Shown piece by piece: positions 38,930-53,199 of a stretch of DNA of 64,000 nucleotides. The stretch's first letter is position 1, and each line of letters opens with the position of its first letter. The stretch covers positions 7,421,009 through 7,485,008 of the forward strand of contig MU058781.1 in assembly GCA_013265495.1 (NCBI GenBank), in the 5' to 3' direction. The position numbers and the translations under genes are program-made. Under the pieces are notes generated by a model. The model had not been told where the DNA came from. It was given only the letters and a program-made list of their open reading frames with translations, and did not search any database. Source of the stretch: Vicugna vicugna (lineage: Eukaryota).

Positions 38930-39155
38930 GTGCACTCTGTTTCAAACATTCTGTCAAGTGTTTTTCAGACATTAACTCATCTAGTTCTCTGACAACACTA
39001 TGAGGCAGGTACTATTCTTATTTCCACTTTATAGTTTTTAAACAGAAACCTAATACTTAGATCCTTTAAGGAACTTACACAAAAGTCATATAACTGGTTA
39101 GAAACAGTCTGATTGTTGGGTCCATGCTTTTAGCTACTAGACTACACTACACTCT
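38930..39155 (-). mobile_element. MIR SINE
   Basis: 'attaactcatcta...acaacactatgaggcaggtactatt...cttttagctactagactac'. Confidence 0.75.
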
Positions 39156-40467
39156 CTTTGTATTAGGAAAATAACACTTTCATGGGCTCTTGGCAAGATT
39201 ACAGTTTCCATGCTGGATGGGGAGGTCGGAATAAAAAAAAATCAAAGAGATAGCAAAAATTGTAAAAATGAATTTCACTGTGGCTCCCTGAACCCAGCAA
39301 TAGCCGACAAACATGACTGCTGGAATTTATCTTCTAGAAATAAATAATACTCCTTCTTTTTTTCATTTTGAATCCTTAAAAACTCCATTTCAGTGTGTTC
39401 TCTGAATGTTCTGGTATCTTTGTGCTTTAATTAGTAGCTGTTTCCAAGTGTGATAGGTGATTCATGCTAGTCTTAATATTGTATGTAATTGGATCTCTAA
39501 GGCAAATTTATCTGTCAGAGTAAAATTGATCTACAAGTAGTTCCCTCTAGCTAATACCTAAATTAGTTTCACCTGGACTCTGCCCTCTGATTCATTCTGA
39601 ATTATACCCAAGGAAGGAAAGCTAACAGCTGGTATAGGAAACAGCGGTTTTATCTGAAAGATTCTAAGATGAGTCCAAGCTGATTATGAAAGGAACAAGA
39701 AAACTAAACATATTTATAGGCCAGCTTTGGGAAAATCAAGCTTACAATCCATCATATTTAAGAGTAGTTAGAACCCACTATTCAGAATGGATACTTCAAA
39801 GCAATATTGGTCAAGACTGTTAAATCAGTGAGCAATAGAAAACTGAGTAGGAGGTTTGGGATTCCACTGTAAGTTTTTTTAAAGTCTGAGCATAGACTCT
39901 GTATATATGTTCTGTTCTTAATTTTCCCTTTGTTATTGTAAAGAACCTCAAGGGAGCGTCCAAATCTACTTACTGTCCATGAGCCAAATATGCAATGGCT
40001 TCTCATTAAACGGAGAATGAGTTAGCCTTACTCAGTGGTAGAGTAAGTAATGGTCTGTCTTGTGTGTTTTGAGAACACACTCTTATTCCCAAGTTATCCT
40101 ACTTCAGTGGGGCAGTGCCTCACAATGCTATGTAAGATTTGTCATCTGTTCTGTGTCTTATCCCCTCCCATCACCTTCAGGACCTCACCATTACAATGAT
40201 CTTTTTTTTTCCTATATTGTAACACTTATCACATCATACTTATTGTATCTTGTCCTGTTAGGCCATGGATTCTCTTAAATTCTCCTTTTTATATCTAATC
40301 TCAAATGGTCTCCCAAAGAATTGAGAATTCTACCATCATCTATTATTGGAAAGAATGCTGGCTGAGAAATTGGAAGACCCAGTTCTAATATCAGTGAGAC
40401 ATTGGGGTATTGCATTGGATCTCTGATCATCATTTTCTTCCTGTTAAATACAAGTAATCAGCCTCAC

Positions 40468-40757
40468 TAGTTTTGTCCAAAGTGTGTTCTGAAAAACACC
40501 CGTTCTGTGGGATGCTCTGTAAATAAAATTGTCTGCCCTCAAACAAATTTGGGAAATACTCATACATCCCTTTTAGGTATCAATGGTATATGAGAAAGGC
40601 TTTCAGAAATCCTGGAGTCAAAAATAATACAAACATAGATTCGCTTTTGTATACATTATTCCCCTACATTTTTAGACCATGGAACGCTCTTTTAAGAAAA
40701 TGCATTAGTATCTTGTAACACTAGATTCCAAGGGAAGAAGTTGGGGACAGCCACTCT
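40468..40757. mobile_element. hAT-Charlie MITE (Charlie4z-like)
   Basis: 'ccaaagtgtgttctg...caaatttgggaaatact...tttagaccatggaac'. Confidence 0.55.
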
Positions 40758-40966
40758 GCAAAATCCCTTCCAGTCCACAGCCTTCCAGGATTCTTACTGC
40801 TGTGCAACTTCCATGAGTATATCACTGTTAAAATCAAAATATACCAGCAGAGGTAAGATATTAACCTGATGCTTATTAGCTCTGCATTTATTTTCCCTTC
40901 ATAAAAAGCAGTTATTTGGTATTTACTGTATTAGACGCTAAAGATATAAAGGTGAAATTAGTAATG

Positions 40967-41201
40967 TAGTTGATCTTGCAACAACAGGGATTTGAACTGC
41001 AGGGGTCCACTTACATGCAGAGTTTTAAAAAATATAGTCAATACTACAGTACTACAGACTGAGGTTGGTTGAATCTGGGGATGCAGAACTGAGGATTTGG
41101 AGGAACCAGAGATATGGAGGGCCAATTGTAGGTGATATGTGAATTTTCAACTGAGTGGAGAGTCGGCGCCCCTAACTCCTGTGTTGTTTAGGAGTCAACC
41201 A
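40967..41201 (+). mobile_element. Tigger2-derived MITE inserted in an L2
   Basis: TIR-like ends 'tagttgatcttgcaacaacaggg' and 'cctgtgttgtttaggagtcaacca'; internal 'tttgaactgcaggggtccactta' and 'gtcggcgcccctaac'; TA at 41202-41203. Confidence 0.85.
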
Positions 41202-41439
41202 TACTTGACCTAAAGGAGTTTATGGTGTAAAGGAGGAGGCCAAGGTATAAAATATAAGAACAATACAGTATTCTGATGGAATTATATGTGGCGTACAGTG
41301 GAGACAAAAGAGATATCTGACCAAGTCTGGGAAAGGATGCTGTGACTGGCATCATCATAAGAAGGTGCCCCTTGCGACGAGTTTTGAAACCAGGATTTCC
41401 TGGGGAAGACCATTTTAGGTAGAGGGAGCAGAAAGAGCA

Positions 41440-41620
41440 AAGGCTCAGTGTTAAGAGGTCACTGGAAACTTTCGCCAGAGCAGTTTCAGAGGAGTTGTGG
41501 GGAACGGAGGCCTGATTAAACTGGAATGACTCATGAGTGGGGAGATGAGAAAGTAGACATGCACTCCAGGAAGACTGTCCGTAAAGGGAGCACAAGCGAT
41601 AGATTGGCGATGAGAAGGGG
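41440..41620 (-). mobile_element. L2 fragment
   Basis: 'gaggtcactggaaactttcgccagagcagtttcagaggagttgtgggg'. Confidence 0.65.
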
Positions 41621-42539
41621 AAATCTTCCTGCAGGTGGGCTTATCAGAATGCAATCTTCTCTGACACTGAAATGGAGCAAGAAGCAGTGGTGATGCATCA
41701 GAAAACTGCTGACGGGAGATGAGAAAATTTCAGAGCACTGCTGAAAAGGAGCATGTGGGGGTGAGGTGCTCATATCCCTTTAAGTTAGGCAGCTTAAAAG
41801 GGAGTTGAGAAAGTGCTGAAGACACAGACACATTTCCCTCTAAAACTTGGCTGTGATAAAAAAACAAAACCCGTGTAACAAATTCTGATTTCTCACTTTA
41901 AGTATCCAGAAGGTTTGCTTTATATGATTTAGTATAGAAGGGTGACATTTCATTGAGCTAGTTCATAAAAATAGAAAATTACCTTTCCTTTTTGTCTATG
42001 CTTATATATACCTTGAGGGTATCCAGAGTGTTTCATAGCAGGCTGTATGATATGTTGCTCTGAGCTATATAAATCCAAGTATGAAGCAAAATGTAACCAG
42101 CACAGAGGTCTGGCTTTATTTTAAGAACCATTTCCTAGGGAAAGAAAATGTAATTCATAATATGCATTTCCAGAGAGGTAGCATTCCCAGCAAAGAGACC
42201 TGTATTATTGTAAATATCAAGCAGTCCAGTCCTGTGCATTCTCTTTACAGTTTATCCGCCTCAAGTTGATAATAATAATGTGTTCACTTTCACAGCATCT
42301 CAAATCCAAGGATTTCCAAGTGCTTTGTAAATGTGAATCAAATCTTAAGACACCCCTGTGAAGCAGGTGAAAATTGTTACTGATATTTTATAAAGAGAGT
42401 AATAGATGAGGGATTCACCACGTTCATAGAGTCATTCGTTTGTTAGTGCCTGAGGATTCTGGGATGAAAACATATGTGTGCAAGCCGCTTCCCGTGCCAC
42501 ACACACCCTGTGGGCCCTGGCTTCTATGAGGCCAACCAA

Positions 42540-42870
42540 TCAAAAGAGGCATGTACGTATAGAAGTCATTGTGATAAAGTAGAAGGTAAGTACAGGATGC
42601 AGCCCTGGTTCAAGGAGGCGATAATCACCTCTGCTTGAGGAAACCAGGAAAAGCTTCAAAGTGCACAAGGCATTTGGTTATAACCATGAAGGATGATGAA
42701 GTGTTTATAAGTCATAGAAGTAAATGAGGCAGAAGGTACATAGTGTATAAAGCCCTGAAGACAGGAAACTGCGTGCTGTTTATAAAAAGAACTGGGAGGA
42801 GTCCCGTATGACTGGAACAGGGGCTACCAGGCGGCACATAGTTGTAAATGAAGTAAGCGGTCTACATGGG
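42540..42870 (-). mobile_element. L2 fragment
   Basis: 'ccaggaaaagcttca', 'ataaagccctgaagacaggaa...tatgactggaac'. Confidence 0.55.
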
Positions 42871-43599
42871 GATGCCGGTGACTTGTAAATTACGCGTTTG
42901 CTGGGAGGACAGGACTTGCTGCTCATTTCCAGTTGGGTGGTTGCCATGCTATGTGGTCTGCCGTATTGACTGCTTTTTCAAGATAAGCCAGAGATCAGAT
43001 TTTGGATTGGTCTCTATCTATTTTTGAATGTTGGTGACTAATTTCAATTTTTAAAATTGTGTACACCAAAAATATCCCCACCACATCTATAAATTGAGCC
43101 GGTCAGCAGTTATGTTGCCACTGCTACAAATGTCCAAAGAAGGGGATCTCAGTTTCCCCCCTCGTCTTTCAGTTACAGGGAACTGGAACAAAATCTGACT
43201 AAATTAGTCTTAGGAGAATCTATGGGAAACCTGGAGAATAAGAAATGGAAAACCATCAGAAATCAAGAGGGACTGGGCAGAATGGAACACAGCTGAGGTC
43301 ATACTGTAGAAAGAGTCCTTCTGCTGGACTCTTGATAGTGCTGCAGCTCTCTCTCAACTGCTAATGCCAGAATCCTGACCTCTGTGAAGCATCCTGCCCT
43401 CAGTGGTTTAGTATCAGAATGGAGAACCCAGCTGGTAAGATGTTCATGCCCAAGCTACTCAGGGAGCGAGGAGAATGATCTGGGCCATTCAGTTACAGAG
43501 TGGAAGGTAGGATCTGGCCTCTCACCAAGACTCACACATTGAGGATGGGTGTTCAGAGCTTTATAGCTTGAAAATGGCAAATGTTTAACCAACATAAAT

Positions 43600-43770
43600 T
43601 GAGATGGTGGTATAGTCAGCACTCTTGTCTTGGCTTAGAAAGATTACTTCCTGTGTGCTCATGAGTAAGTTATTTAACCTCTGGCCTTACTTTCCATACC
43701 TATAAAACTAAGGAGCTTGGGCCAGAAGGGCTTTAATGTTCCCTTACAACTCTGTAATTTAATGGCTTTT
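43600..43770 (+). mobile_element. MIR SINE
   Basis: 'gagtaagttatttaacctctggccttactttccatacctataaaa'. Confidence 0.7.
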
Positions 43771-44019
43771 ATTGTCATTACCATCAATACACAAGAAGTG
43801 TAGGAGATGGGACATGACTTCTGTAAAATTTCCACAGTTCACAATCATTTACAATGTTGAATAGTTAAAATGACTCAGCAGGTTGGTAGTCTAGAATCTA
43901 GTGCCTTTATACTGGCTTCTAATACCTTTATATTACAAAGAATTTAAAGAGAAAAACTATTCCAGCTTTCTTTTTCTTAGTTTCACTGCAGTCAGCAAAT
44001 ATACCTTAAAAGTGTGAAG

Positions 44020-45235
44020 GAATAGGTGAGAACGTGTCCTGTAAAGGCAGAAGTTGTACTGGACACAAAGTAAGACCCAAGTGTATACTATTTATGAAAA
44101 ACACATTAAATATAAATATACAGAGACGCTCCAAGTGGAATGATGGGGAAATACATGATACAGTCTCTAAACGTTAGAATGCTGGAGGCTGGAGTGGCTA
44201 TTGATACGGCATATAAGGTAGACTTCTGGAAAAGAATACTACCAGGAATAGAGAGGGGAATTACGTAATGATCATCAAGGGGTCAACTCATCAAGACATA
44301 ATATTCTTATAGGTTTATATACCTTATAAATGAGCTTAAAAGAACAAGCAAATTGATAGAACTTAAAGAAGTAGACAGATTCACAGTTAGAGATATCCAC
44401 ATTCCTTTCTCAGGAATATACATAACAGATAAACAGATAAGCAAAAAGTACACAGAAGATTCAAACAAATAACTTGACCTAGTTGACATACACAGATCAC
44501 GTCAACCAAAACCAGCAGAATACACATTCTTTTCAGGTGTGTATGAAGCATTCGTCAAGATAGACCATGTGGTGGTTCATGAAACAAGTATCAAGAAATG
44601 TAAAATTTTTGAAACAATAAAAGTATGTTATCTTATCACAACAAATTAAATAATAAATCAATAGATAAGATATCTGGAAAAATTTCAAATATTTCACATT
44701 AAATAATATCCTTTAAATAATCCACTGGTCAAAAAGAAATCACAAGAGAAATGCAATCCAAAATTGGTTCTTTGGAAGGATCATTAAAACTGATAAAACT
44801 CTAGCTAGACTGATCAAGAAAAAAGACAGAAGGGACATCTTTACTCATACTGATAGTTTACAAAGGAGGAACTACATTTCCTATGGAGGTTAACACAAGA
44901 AATATTTAAAATATATTTATGCCAGTTAATTATGACAACTTAAAGAAACAGACAAATTTCATAACTCAAAAATTATCAAAACTGACACATGAAGAAAGAG
45001 AACTGAATATCTATCTGTTTATTAATATAATTAAAGCCATATTTTAAAACTTTCCCACAAAGAATGCTCCAGAGCCATCTGGCTTCATGGTGAATTCTAT
45101 TAAGCATTTAAGAAAGAAATAATATCAATCCTAAACAAGTTATTTTGGATAATAGAGGAAGAAGGAATGGTTCCAAATTCATTATAAACCCAGCATTACC
45201 CTGAGACCAAAGTTAGAAGAAAGTCACTTGAAGGA
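44020..45235 (+). mobile_element. Decayed L1M ORF2 5' region (endonuclease domain and downstream)
   Basis: 'ggctggagtggctat...gtagacttc', 'taatgat...gggtcaactcatcaaga', 'cagcagaatacacattcttttca', 'ctctagctagactgatcaagaaaaaa', 'ccagcattaccctga'. Many stops and frameshifts. Confidence 0.85.
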
Positions 45236-45719
45236 AAACTGTTTCTACAAGTGTTGATTTCATTTATGCTTGTAGTCTTGGAAAACTCTTTGGAATGTTT
45301 TCACAATTATTACATTTTTAGAATATGCTATTAATAGAAAGGCACGTTCAGTAGCAGCTCTGTCAGAAACTAGAGGTGAGCCTCTGTCTTCGTATCTGGG
45401 TTCCACCATTAATGTTAGTCATGTCATGTATTTTGAAGTTGGGGCAGAACCATGCTTGATTTTGGAACAAGATCTATAACATAAATGAAATGGAAAGACT
45501 ACTTGGAAATGTTTTCCTGTGTGCTGAAAAAATGATGTTCTTTTTCTTCTACAAACAATAGCAGTAGAATTAACATATTGCACCATCTCTTTTTCAATAG
45601 TGACTATGTTTACAGACAAACAGACTGACTTTAGCTCATTAGTCCTCCAGGGAGAATGATGCAGGGCAGTGAAGACAACAAAGGAGTGGGAAGTCACTTC
45701 AGTTTTTTTTTATATTTTG

Positions 45720-47476
45720 GATCTACTGTCTCTTATTTACCATTTAACTATTCCAAACAGGTATCTGTTTCCCTTCCTCCATGGAAACTTGTCAAGGCCA
45801 CAGTCTCCATGTTTTGAATCCAGTGGGCACTGCTCAGGCTTCATCTTTCTTGAAATCACAGCATCATCCTGCATGGCCTGTTTGCTCCTTTTTCAAACAT
45901 TCTTTTTTTTTTTTAATAATTCTACTTTTTGAATTTATTTTTTATTTTTTTAAACATTTTTAAATTGAGTTATAGTCATTTTACAATGTTGTGTCAAATT
46001 CCAGTGTAGAGCACAATTTTTCAGTTATACATGAACATACATATATTCATTGTCACATTATTTTTTTTTTGCTGTGAGCTACCACAAGATCTTCTATATA
46101 TTTCCCTATGCTATGCCGTATAATCTTGTTTATCTATTCTGCCTATGCCTGTCAGTATCTACAAATTTTGAAATCCCAGTCTCCCTTCTCACCCCCCCTC
46201 CCTTTGCAAACATTCTTGATTCGCATGGTCCCACATTCTCCTAGTCTTTTCCTCATCTCTGTAGCTTCTCTTTTTCAAGCTCCTTTGCTGGCTTTTCTTC
46301 TCCTACCCAACTTCAAGATATAAGAGTGCCCAGTGTTATCTTAGGACATTTCTTTTCTTAACCATAGCTTCTCCTTAGAAGAGGAAGTAACTTATTACCA
46401 GGCTGATGAAGTAGTACCTTTATATCTCTATTCCAAAGGGCTTGAATTCATGTATCTGTCTACTTTATGAATCCACATAGATGTTACGCATTTCCAGTTT
46501 AGACATTTCCAGTTTAACATGTCTAAAATGTCATTTTTCTTCTTCCTATCACCCTTCCATGACCTAATCTCTTCCTAAACTTCCCCATGTCAGGAAATTA
46601 TATCACCGTCATTTGATTGATTAAGCCTGTATTCCCCATGTTATTTGTAACTACATTTTTTTCTTGTGCCTCAGATCCAAAAATGGCACCAAGTCCTATA
46701 TGTTGTATCTTGAAAATAATTCTTGAATCCTTCACTTCTTTTCCTTGTTAACCATCACTGTACTTCTTCAGTCATTGCCATCTCTGGCCTGTATTACAGC
46801 AGTAGCCTTCTCATTGATTGTATAGTTTTCCATTCTTGAATTCCATAGTTCATTATTCACACAAAGAATGGAATGTTTTGTTTTGTTTTGATGTTAAGAA
46901 ATGATCATGTTATTTCTCTACCTAAAATACTTCAACGGCTTCTCATCGCCTCTTGAGGGGCCTCCGTGGCCCTCCTTGAGCTGACCATTGCCTGCCTTCC
47001 CAATCATTTTCCTTTTCCTTACTCATTATTCTCTAGCCACGTGGAGCTTGTTCATGTATTGAACTTGCTAAGCCTTTTTGCACCTTTGGGTCTTTGTATA
47101 TCCATTCTTTTTGCCACCACCCTTTCTCAGTTTCATTGAATAAGACTGCTCCTTGAATGGCTTGCTCCTTCTCATACTTCATGTCTCAAATGTATCCTAA
47201 GAGAGCTCTACTTAGAGCATCTTTTTGAACTTAACTGCCCCCTACATACAGCAGTTACTTTCTATCTTATCAACTGTTTATTTCCTTTATAACATTTATT
47301 GCATAACAAAATTATCAATTTGTGCATTTGTGTAATGGTTTATGTCTTCTGTCACATGAACGCAAGCTCTTGTAGGGCAGGGTCCTTGTCAACCTTGTTC
47401 ACTGCTGTATCTTGAGAACCAAAATAATGCTTTACGTGAAAGGCTTTCCATAATTGTTTGTTGAATGAATGAATAA
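45720..47476 (+). mobile_element. Long L2 element split by a young L1
   Basis: 'cttgtcaaggc...ccatgttttgaatccagtgggcac', 'aacatgtctaaaa', 'aagctcttgtagggcagggtccttgtc...gttcactgctgtatc', and tail 'ttgttgaatgaatgaataaa'. Confidence 0.8.
45905..46202 (-). mobile_element. Young camelid-type L1 3' end with TSD
   Basis: T-rich tail, then 'attgagttatagtcattttacaatgttgtgtcaaattccagtgtagagcacaatttttcagttatacatgaac'. TSD core caaacattctt at 45894-45904 and 46207-46217. Confidence 0.88.
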
Positions 47477-47849
47477 ACTTTGCAACCAGCATTTTGGTTA
47501 AATGTAGGAAGAAAATCAGGTAGATTAATTTTTAATTACTAGATTTTTTAATTATAAAAGTAATATGTGTTCACTGGGAAACATTTGAAAAATATACAAA
47601 GCATAAAAAAGGCAATAACATCGCTATCTACAGATAAAATTTGTAAAATTTTAGTGACTGTGCTGGTTTCTACCTGTCTTTCCTCCCTTCTTCACCTTCA
47701 GCACAAGAATTATTCTAAATTACCACTATTAGTACTTACCTGTATGTATCATGAAATTTTGTCAATATTTATATTGAGCGTGATTTTTAATGGCTATATA
47801 GTATTCAGTCCCAACTTGGTATTTACCTGATTTTTTATTTTTAAACCTT

Positions 47850-48000
47850 AAACTCTTTGTGCCTAGTTTCCGTATCTGTTAATTGTAATAATAAGACCTA
47901 CCTTCTTCAAGGATTAGCATGAGGATTTAAAGAGTTTAATGGATGCTAATTGTTTAGATCAGCTCCTGGCATTTAGTTAGCACTTAATAAAAATGAGATG
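47850..48000 (+). mobile_element. MIR SINE
   Basis: 'cttaaactctttgtgcctagtttccgtatctgttaattgtaataataagacctacc'. Confidence 0.8.
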
Positions 48001-49229
48001 ATGATAATCATTTTTGATATTATTGATTTCTTTTTACCTCAATCTATAAAATTTCAGGAGAGACATGGGTCCTGAATAAGCAATGAGTGTAGGAAATATC
48101 ACATGTGAAGATAATGTAGAACACATCAAGGACTTGTGCTTCTAAGTTTCTTATTTGAGGTGCTGTATTAACTGGCATTGAGATAACTTGGATGTAGGGT
48201 CTAATTACTAATAAATAACCCTCGCTTTTGAAGTGGAAATACAATTCCAAACAGAGAAGTGTGTCTCCAGGAGTCTTAATTCCCCAATTTAGTGTATAAT
48301 TAATTTAGGCTTCTTAGAGGGAAAGAGATGAAGACACACTTAATGTTAGGCATCCACTGCCTTGGCACTCACTGCTCTTATTGCCTGTCCCCTATAATAT
48401 TTAGCTTCTTTTAAAATATTAATAGTCTATGAACTACTTAACATAAATATTTGAAGGAAAGATATTGATGTGTGAGAAGAGTGGTCACATTCCCTAACGA
48501 TGCTGCTTTCTGTGGATGACTTGTCTTGCCATTTCTCAAACATTCTGACTAGGACTTAATCTCCTCACTAGTTACCACGTTGTCTTACGAGGACTGCTGC
48601 CGCTTTCTTTGTCCTGGAAGATTTTGGTATCATCTAAGGACATTTTATGTGGCTACCAAACCCAGAATCATGTTTTGATTATGGCCGAGGAAACTTTTCA
48701 TTAATGACATTGAGTTCATTGTTAGTGACGTGTATTTGGGGTGGGGAGTGTCATCTAGCTGATTGCTTTCTGCTTTCTCTGTGGAAAGCTGAACACAGGT
48801 TCTGTTTCATGTTTTTAGCAGCAGCAACCAGGAAATTGTATTAGTGAAAATAATAACTGTCTAGTTTAGCTCTATGTGGGAAGTTGTATATGGTTCATTT
48901 TTCAAGTAACAGGAGAAAAACAGAATCTCCAAATATGGGTACCTGCAAAGGTACCTATATTTAGACTTACATTTTTAGAAGTGGTTTTAAGAGGAGCCTC
49001 ATTCTCTGCCTGCAGGGATGGAACATATCAAAATCCACCCAAGAAGGATGATTTTAATGCCATTTTCTCTTTATGGTAATTTTCACAGCCTCTCCTGAAA
49101 AATCTGTGAACAGAGTAAGTGTCCTGAACTCTCCTTCACTGAAATTGAAGTCCACTGTGTTTTTACCTTCAAGACCTTCCAGTGAAGGCATTAAGCTGAC
49201 TAACTACATGAGATGTCTCATAATCTGTA

Positions 49230-49680
49230 ATAACCTCCACTGACTGAGTGCCTGCTACCATATAGGAGCAGCGTGTTAGGCACTTCCTGTGTTCTCTATT
49301 TTATTGCAATTTAATTTAATGTGGTTAACACATTTAATTTAATTTTCATAAGAATTCTGAAAAATAGATATTATCTTCCTTGTTTTCCAGAGAGAAATTT
49401 GAGGCCAATAGAGGTAAAATGAATAGTCCAAGGCCATTTCATTAATAAGGGTAAAACTGGTGTCCAAACTCAGTTATTTTTTTAAGAGTATGATCACTTA
49501 TTAAGCACTATGCATTAAGCTCTCTCAGTAACCCCAGGGAAGAGGTTATAATATTCCCATTATAGAGATAAAGAAATTGAGATGTAAGAGAGTTAAGTAA
49601 TTTTCCTAGGGGCATACAGCTTGTAAAAGAAGAAATTGGGATTCAAACCAAGATCTGCATGAATTTAATACTCTTGCTCT
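49230..49680 (-). mobile_element. Two tandem MIR SINEs
   Basis: 'ttttccagagagaaatttgaggcc...gtccaaggcca' and 'cccattatagagataaagaaattgagatg...gggattcaaaccaagatctg'. Confidence 0.75.
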
Positions 49681-50336
49681 GATCCCACATCTAAAGAACT
49701 TCTTTGCCTGTTTTGGACTCCCATCTTGAGGGTCAGTGTAGTGGCTGAGTTCAGAATACTTTCAACGTAATGTGGGGAGAGAATGCATTCTGAATAGTCT
49801 GGAAAGGACATTGGGGTTACAGACAGGATATGCACGTAAATCATGGCAGGAGGGAGGCAGGTGTGGGACAGGAGCTGGTTTACTGTTGAGGCTACTGCAC
49901 ATCCTAACATGAGGTAGGCTCTCCACACAAACCACCTTCAGCTGGCTCAGCGATGGCTGTCATGGGAAGTGATCACTGCCTTGTCTGACTGGTGACTAAC
50001 TCAAGTGTGGTTTCTCTTACCCTAGATCAGTAACAGCAGTGAATACTCTGGAGTCAGACTTTTTGGATCTGAATCTCACAAATTCAGTTTTACATGATAT
50101 CAAAATCAGTACTTTTCCAGGATTCCATGCTGAATATATACTTATTTAAATACCCTATTCCAAAACTATGCGTGGGTATGTGTATGTGTGTCAAAAATCT
50201 CGAAACACAAGTAACTGTTAGCCACCAGGAAATCCGTTTCAGTTGAGCATAGTGCTTGGTGGTATTGTAACAGCACTTGAATAACTGAGGATGGGTAGTG
50301 TCTTAATAATGGTGAGATTTGTAGAAAATTCTAGAG

Positions 50337-50558
50337 CTGCTTGGTTGTCCAAAATTGTAGCCACTAGCTACATATATGGCTATTTAAATTTTAATTTAAA
50401 TTAATGAAAATAGAATAAAGTTAATTAAAGTTAAAATTTTACTTTTCTGATCACACTACTCATCTTTAAGTTAGTCAAGTACTCAATAGCCGCATGTGGT
50501 TAGTGGCTGCCGTATTGGATATTTCCATCACTAGAGAAAGATCTGTTGGACAGTGCTG
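50337..50558 (-). mobile_element. MER3 hAT-Charlie MITE with perfect 8-bp TSD
   Basis: 'gtagccactagctacat...ggctatttaaatt...ctcaatagccgcatgtggttagtggc...ttggacagtgctg'. TSD TTCTAGAG at 50329-50336 and 50559-50566. Confidence 0.9.
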
Positions 50559-52184
50559 TTCTAGAGAGTGTATGGCTTCTGTGTTTCCATAAATAATTTG
50601 AAAAGCAAGTGAAAATTAGTACTGATGTTTGGGATGCTATCGGGCTGGCCTGCAGAGAAGGAGGGGCATTGCTAGTGACAAAAGAGGAAGAGGCAGGGCA
50701 TGAGCCTAAGAAAGTTGGACGTGAAAGTGGAGCTTGCCAGGTTAATCTAGATACATAAAATATTCCAGAGTCCCGGAAAGATAGGCCAGAACTGAAGAAA
50801 TTATGGAAGAAAGCAAGTTATTGTCCAACTGCAAACTGAATTAGTGATAGCTTTTTCATAATACCTTCAGTAATCTTCATAATGAGTTCAGTAGTTTTAT
50901 GTGAGCTTGAGAACATTTATTGAGTAGAGAGAGAAGCAATGCTATAGTTAGAATTTAAAAGTAAAAGTATGAGCAACATGGGCATTTCATAACGATCCTG
51001 AATTAATTAAGGCAAGGACAAGGTTCTCAGATTCTGTTAGAAGGAACTAAAATTGACTTCAAGACACACTTTCTCACATCACTGATGGATGTGGGATTCA
51101 GCACAGAAAGCTCACTTGTCGTGGGAGGACTAGTTCACTGCCAAAATCAGAGCCACATACTGAGCGCTGTGTCCCTTCATTAGAAGCACCTGCAGCTGCA
51201 TTGAGCTGAGACCCAGTGAGTTCTGAATGGAGACTGTCTGAGCAGTGGTAGTCAAGACGAGAATGAGGAAAAGCATCACCCTGGAGAAGTAGCTAATGAG
51301 TATAAGATACAGCTTCTGAGGCACAAAAGTGCCCTGAGCCTGGCAGCAGGCATCGCTCGCCTCTCAGCAAATGGGCTATTCCGTGGCTTTCTCGGGGCCG
51401 AAGTAGTGGAAGGGAAACAACTGCCAACTCTCTGACTTATTTATAAAGAGGTTCCACTTTATTGGAACCATTGTTAATGGGTTCCCACAGGGAGAGGTAG
51501 CTAGAGTTGTGAGCTTTTGTCCCTCTAAGTGAGGATAGCTCCCACTTCTAGCTCCGACACTGTTACCTTCCCGCTTCGAGGCAGGTTGGGAGCTAGAAGG
51601 CCCTGTGCCTAGACAGCCCCGAACCCCTTAATCTCAGTCACAGACTGAGATGGGAAGAAAGCTGAACTGTAACTCAGTGTTGGCTGATCAGCAAGCCTCA
51701 GCCTTTTCCCACCACCTTTTCTGGCTCTGTATTTTCCATGTTACTAATAAAACAAACAAAAAATATAAGCAAATCTAGCTGATCTCAAGTGTAAAGTTGG
51801 GGCTAGAGGAAATGGATCTGCTGCTAATGGATATTCGTACAAATTTCATGAACCTCTGAGGGGTTGTGATCCCTGTTTGAGAACTGCTTTTCCAGGTTGG
51901 TAGTTTTATATTTTATTCTCAATTAGTCAAAAATATAGACCCATAAAATTCTCTCTTAATATGTAGAAACCTGGATTTCAAATGAAACCAAGAATTTCGT
52001 GTGATTTCTTACCTATACTGAAATACATAATGAAGAAGTTCCTCTAGTTTATTGAGCTATTTATTATAGTGGACTCTTTAGAATGAGGACCAGGTATTAT
52101 CAAGAAAAGAGCAAATGTTTAGGAAGGATAGAGTGTGTGATGTGTTTCAGAAATTTTCATCTAAAACTAATGAAATATATATTT

Positions 52185-52800
52185 AATTTTTTTAATTAGA
52201 AGGATTTTGGAACATATACAAAAGTAGAAGAGGTAAGATAACTTTATATGCCCATCATCCAGCATCAGCAGTTATCAGTGTGTCCAATCTTGTTTCATTT
52301 GTAGCCCTTTCCTCTGTATCTACTCTTCACTGTATCAGATTGATGCAAATCCCGGAAATTGTATCATTTCATTAGGATGCACCTCTGAAGAATGACACTT
52401 TTTCTTTAACGTTATGACCTCCTGGTTCTAGCTACAGAAAGTGCAGAGTAGCACGTTGAAGGGTGGCACAGGGATGCAATCAGCAAAATCCAGAAGGTCG
52501 GAAACTCTGCAGGATGAAAACTCCATTTCTTTAACAAATAAATTGCAAAGGATAAAATAGGATTAGCAATAAACTATAAATTAAGAGAGTCTAAGACACA
52601 CATTGATTGTAACCAACAATTATGAGACAATTGGAGAAATTTAAATACTAACTGAATATTTGATGATATTAAGTGATATTATGGAATTACCGTTTGCTTT
52701 TTTTGTTCTTTCCTTTCCCTTTGTGTTTTTAGGGAGCTAAGATAATGGTTTTATGGTTATGGGAAGAAATAAAGATTTTAAGATTTTGCCATAAAAAAAA
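52185..52800. mobile_element. L1MC-type 3' fragments (minus piece ~52185-52410, plus piece ~52430-52800)
   Basis: 'aacatatacaaaagtagaa...cccatcatccagc' and 'gggatgcaatcagcaaaatccaga...tatgagacaattggagaaattt...tttgatgatattaag'. Confidence 0.7.
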
Positions 52801-53199
52801 GAATAAATTCTTATCTGTCTGGAAAACTTGATAACCCAGAAAGATTCATAACTCGAGTTCTGAGTAACTCCCATCTTTCTGTGGTAATTTTTATTTTTTG
52901 AATAACAAAAAGAAAAATATTCAAAAATGAAATAAAATAAGCAAATCCTGAATTCCAAGGTAAACCTGCCAACTCCAGATTCCTTCTGTTTTGAGAGGTC
53001 AGGAGCTGTTGTCTTTTTAGGAACTAAATAGCAGAGCAAGGAAATCATTATTGTCTAAGTGCTACTTTTTTTTTTTTAAAAACAATTATATTTAGAAAAC
53101 AGCCCTGAGTTTGGCAGTACTTCCCAGCTTTTGTGATTCTTGCCCTGTTAAAAGTAGAGGGAATCATTGTTCTATGAATCCAGTTCATACCCTCTCCTG

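Noticed and set aside
44020..45235. Functional L1 endonuclease/ORF2
   Set aside because: Heavily degraded, with no sense ORF of 60 aa or more in the track.
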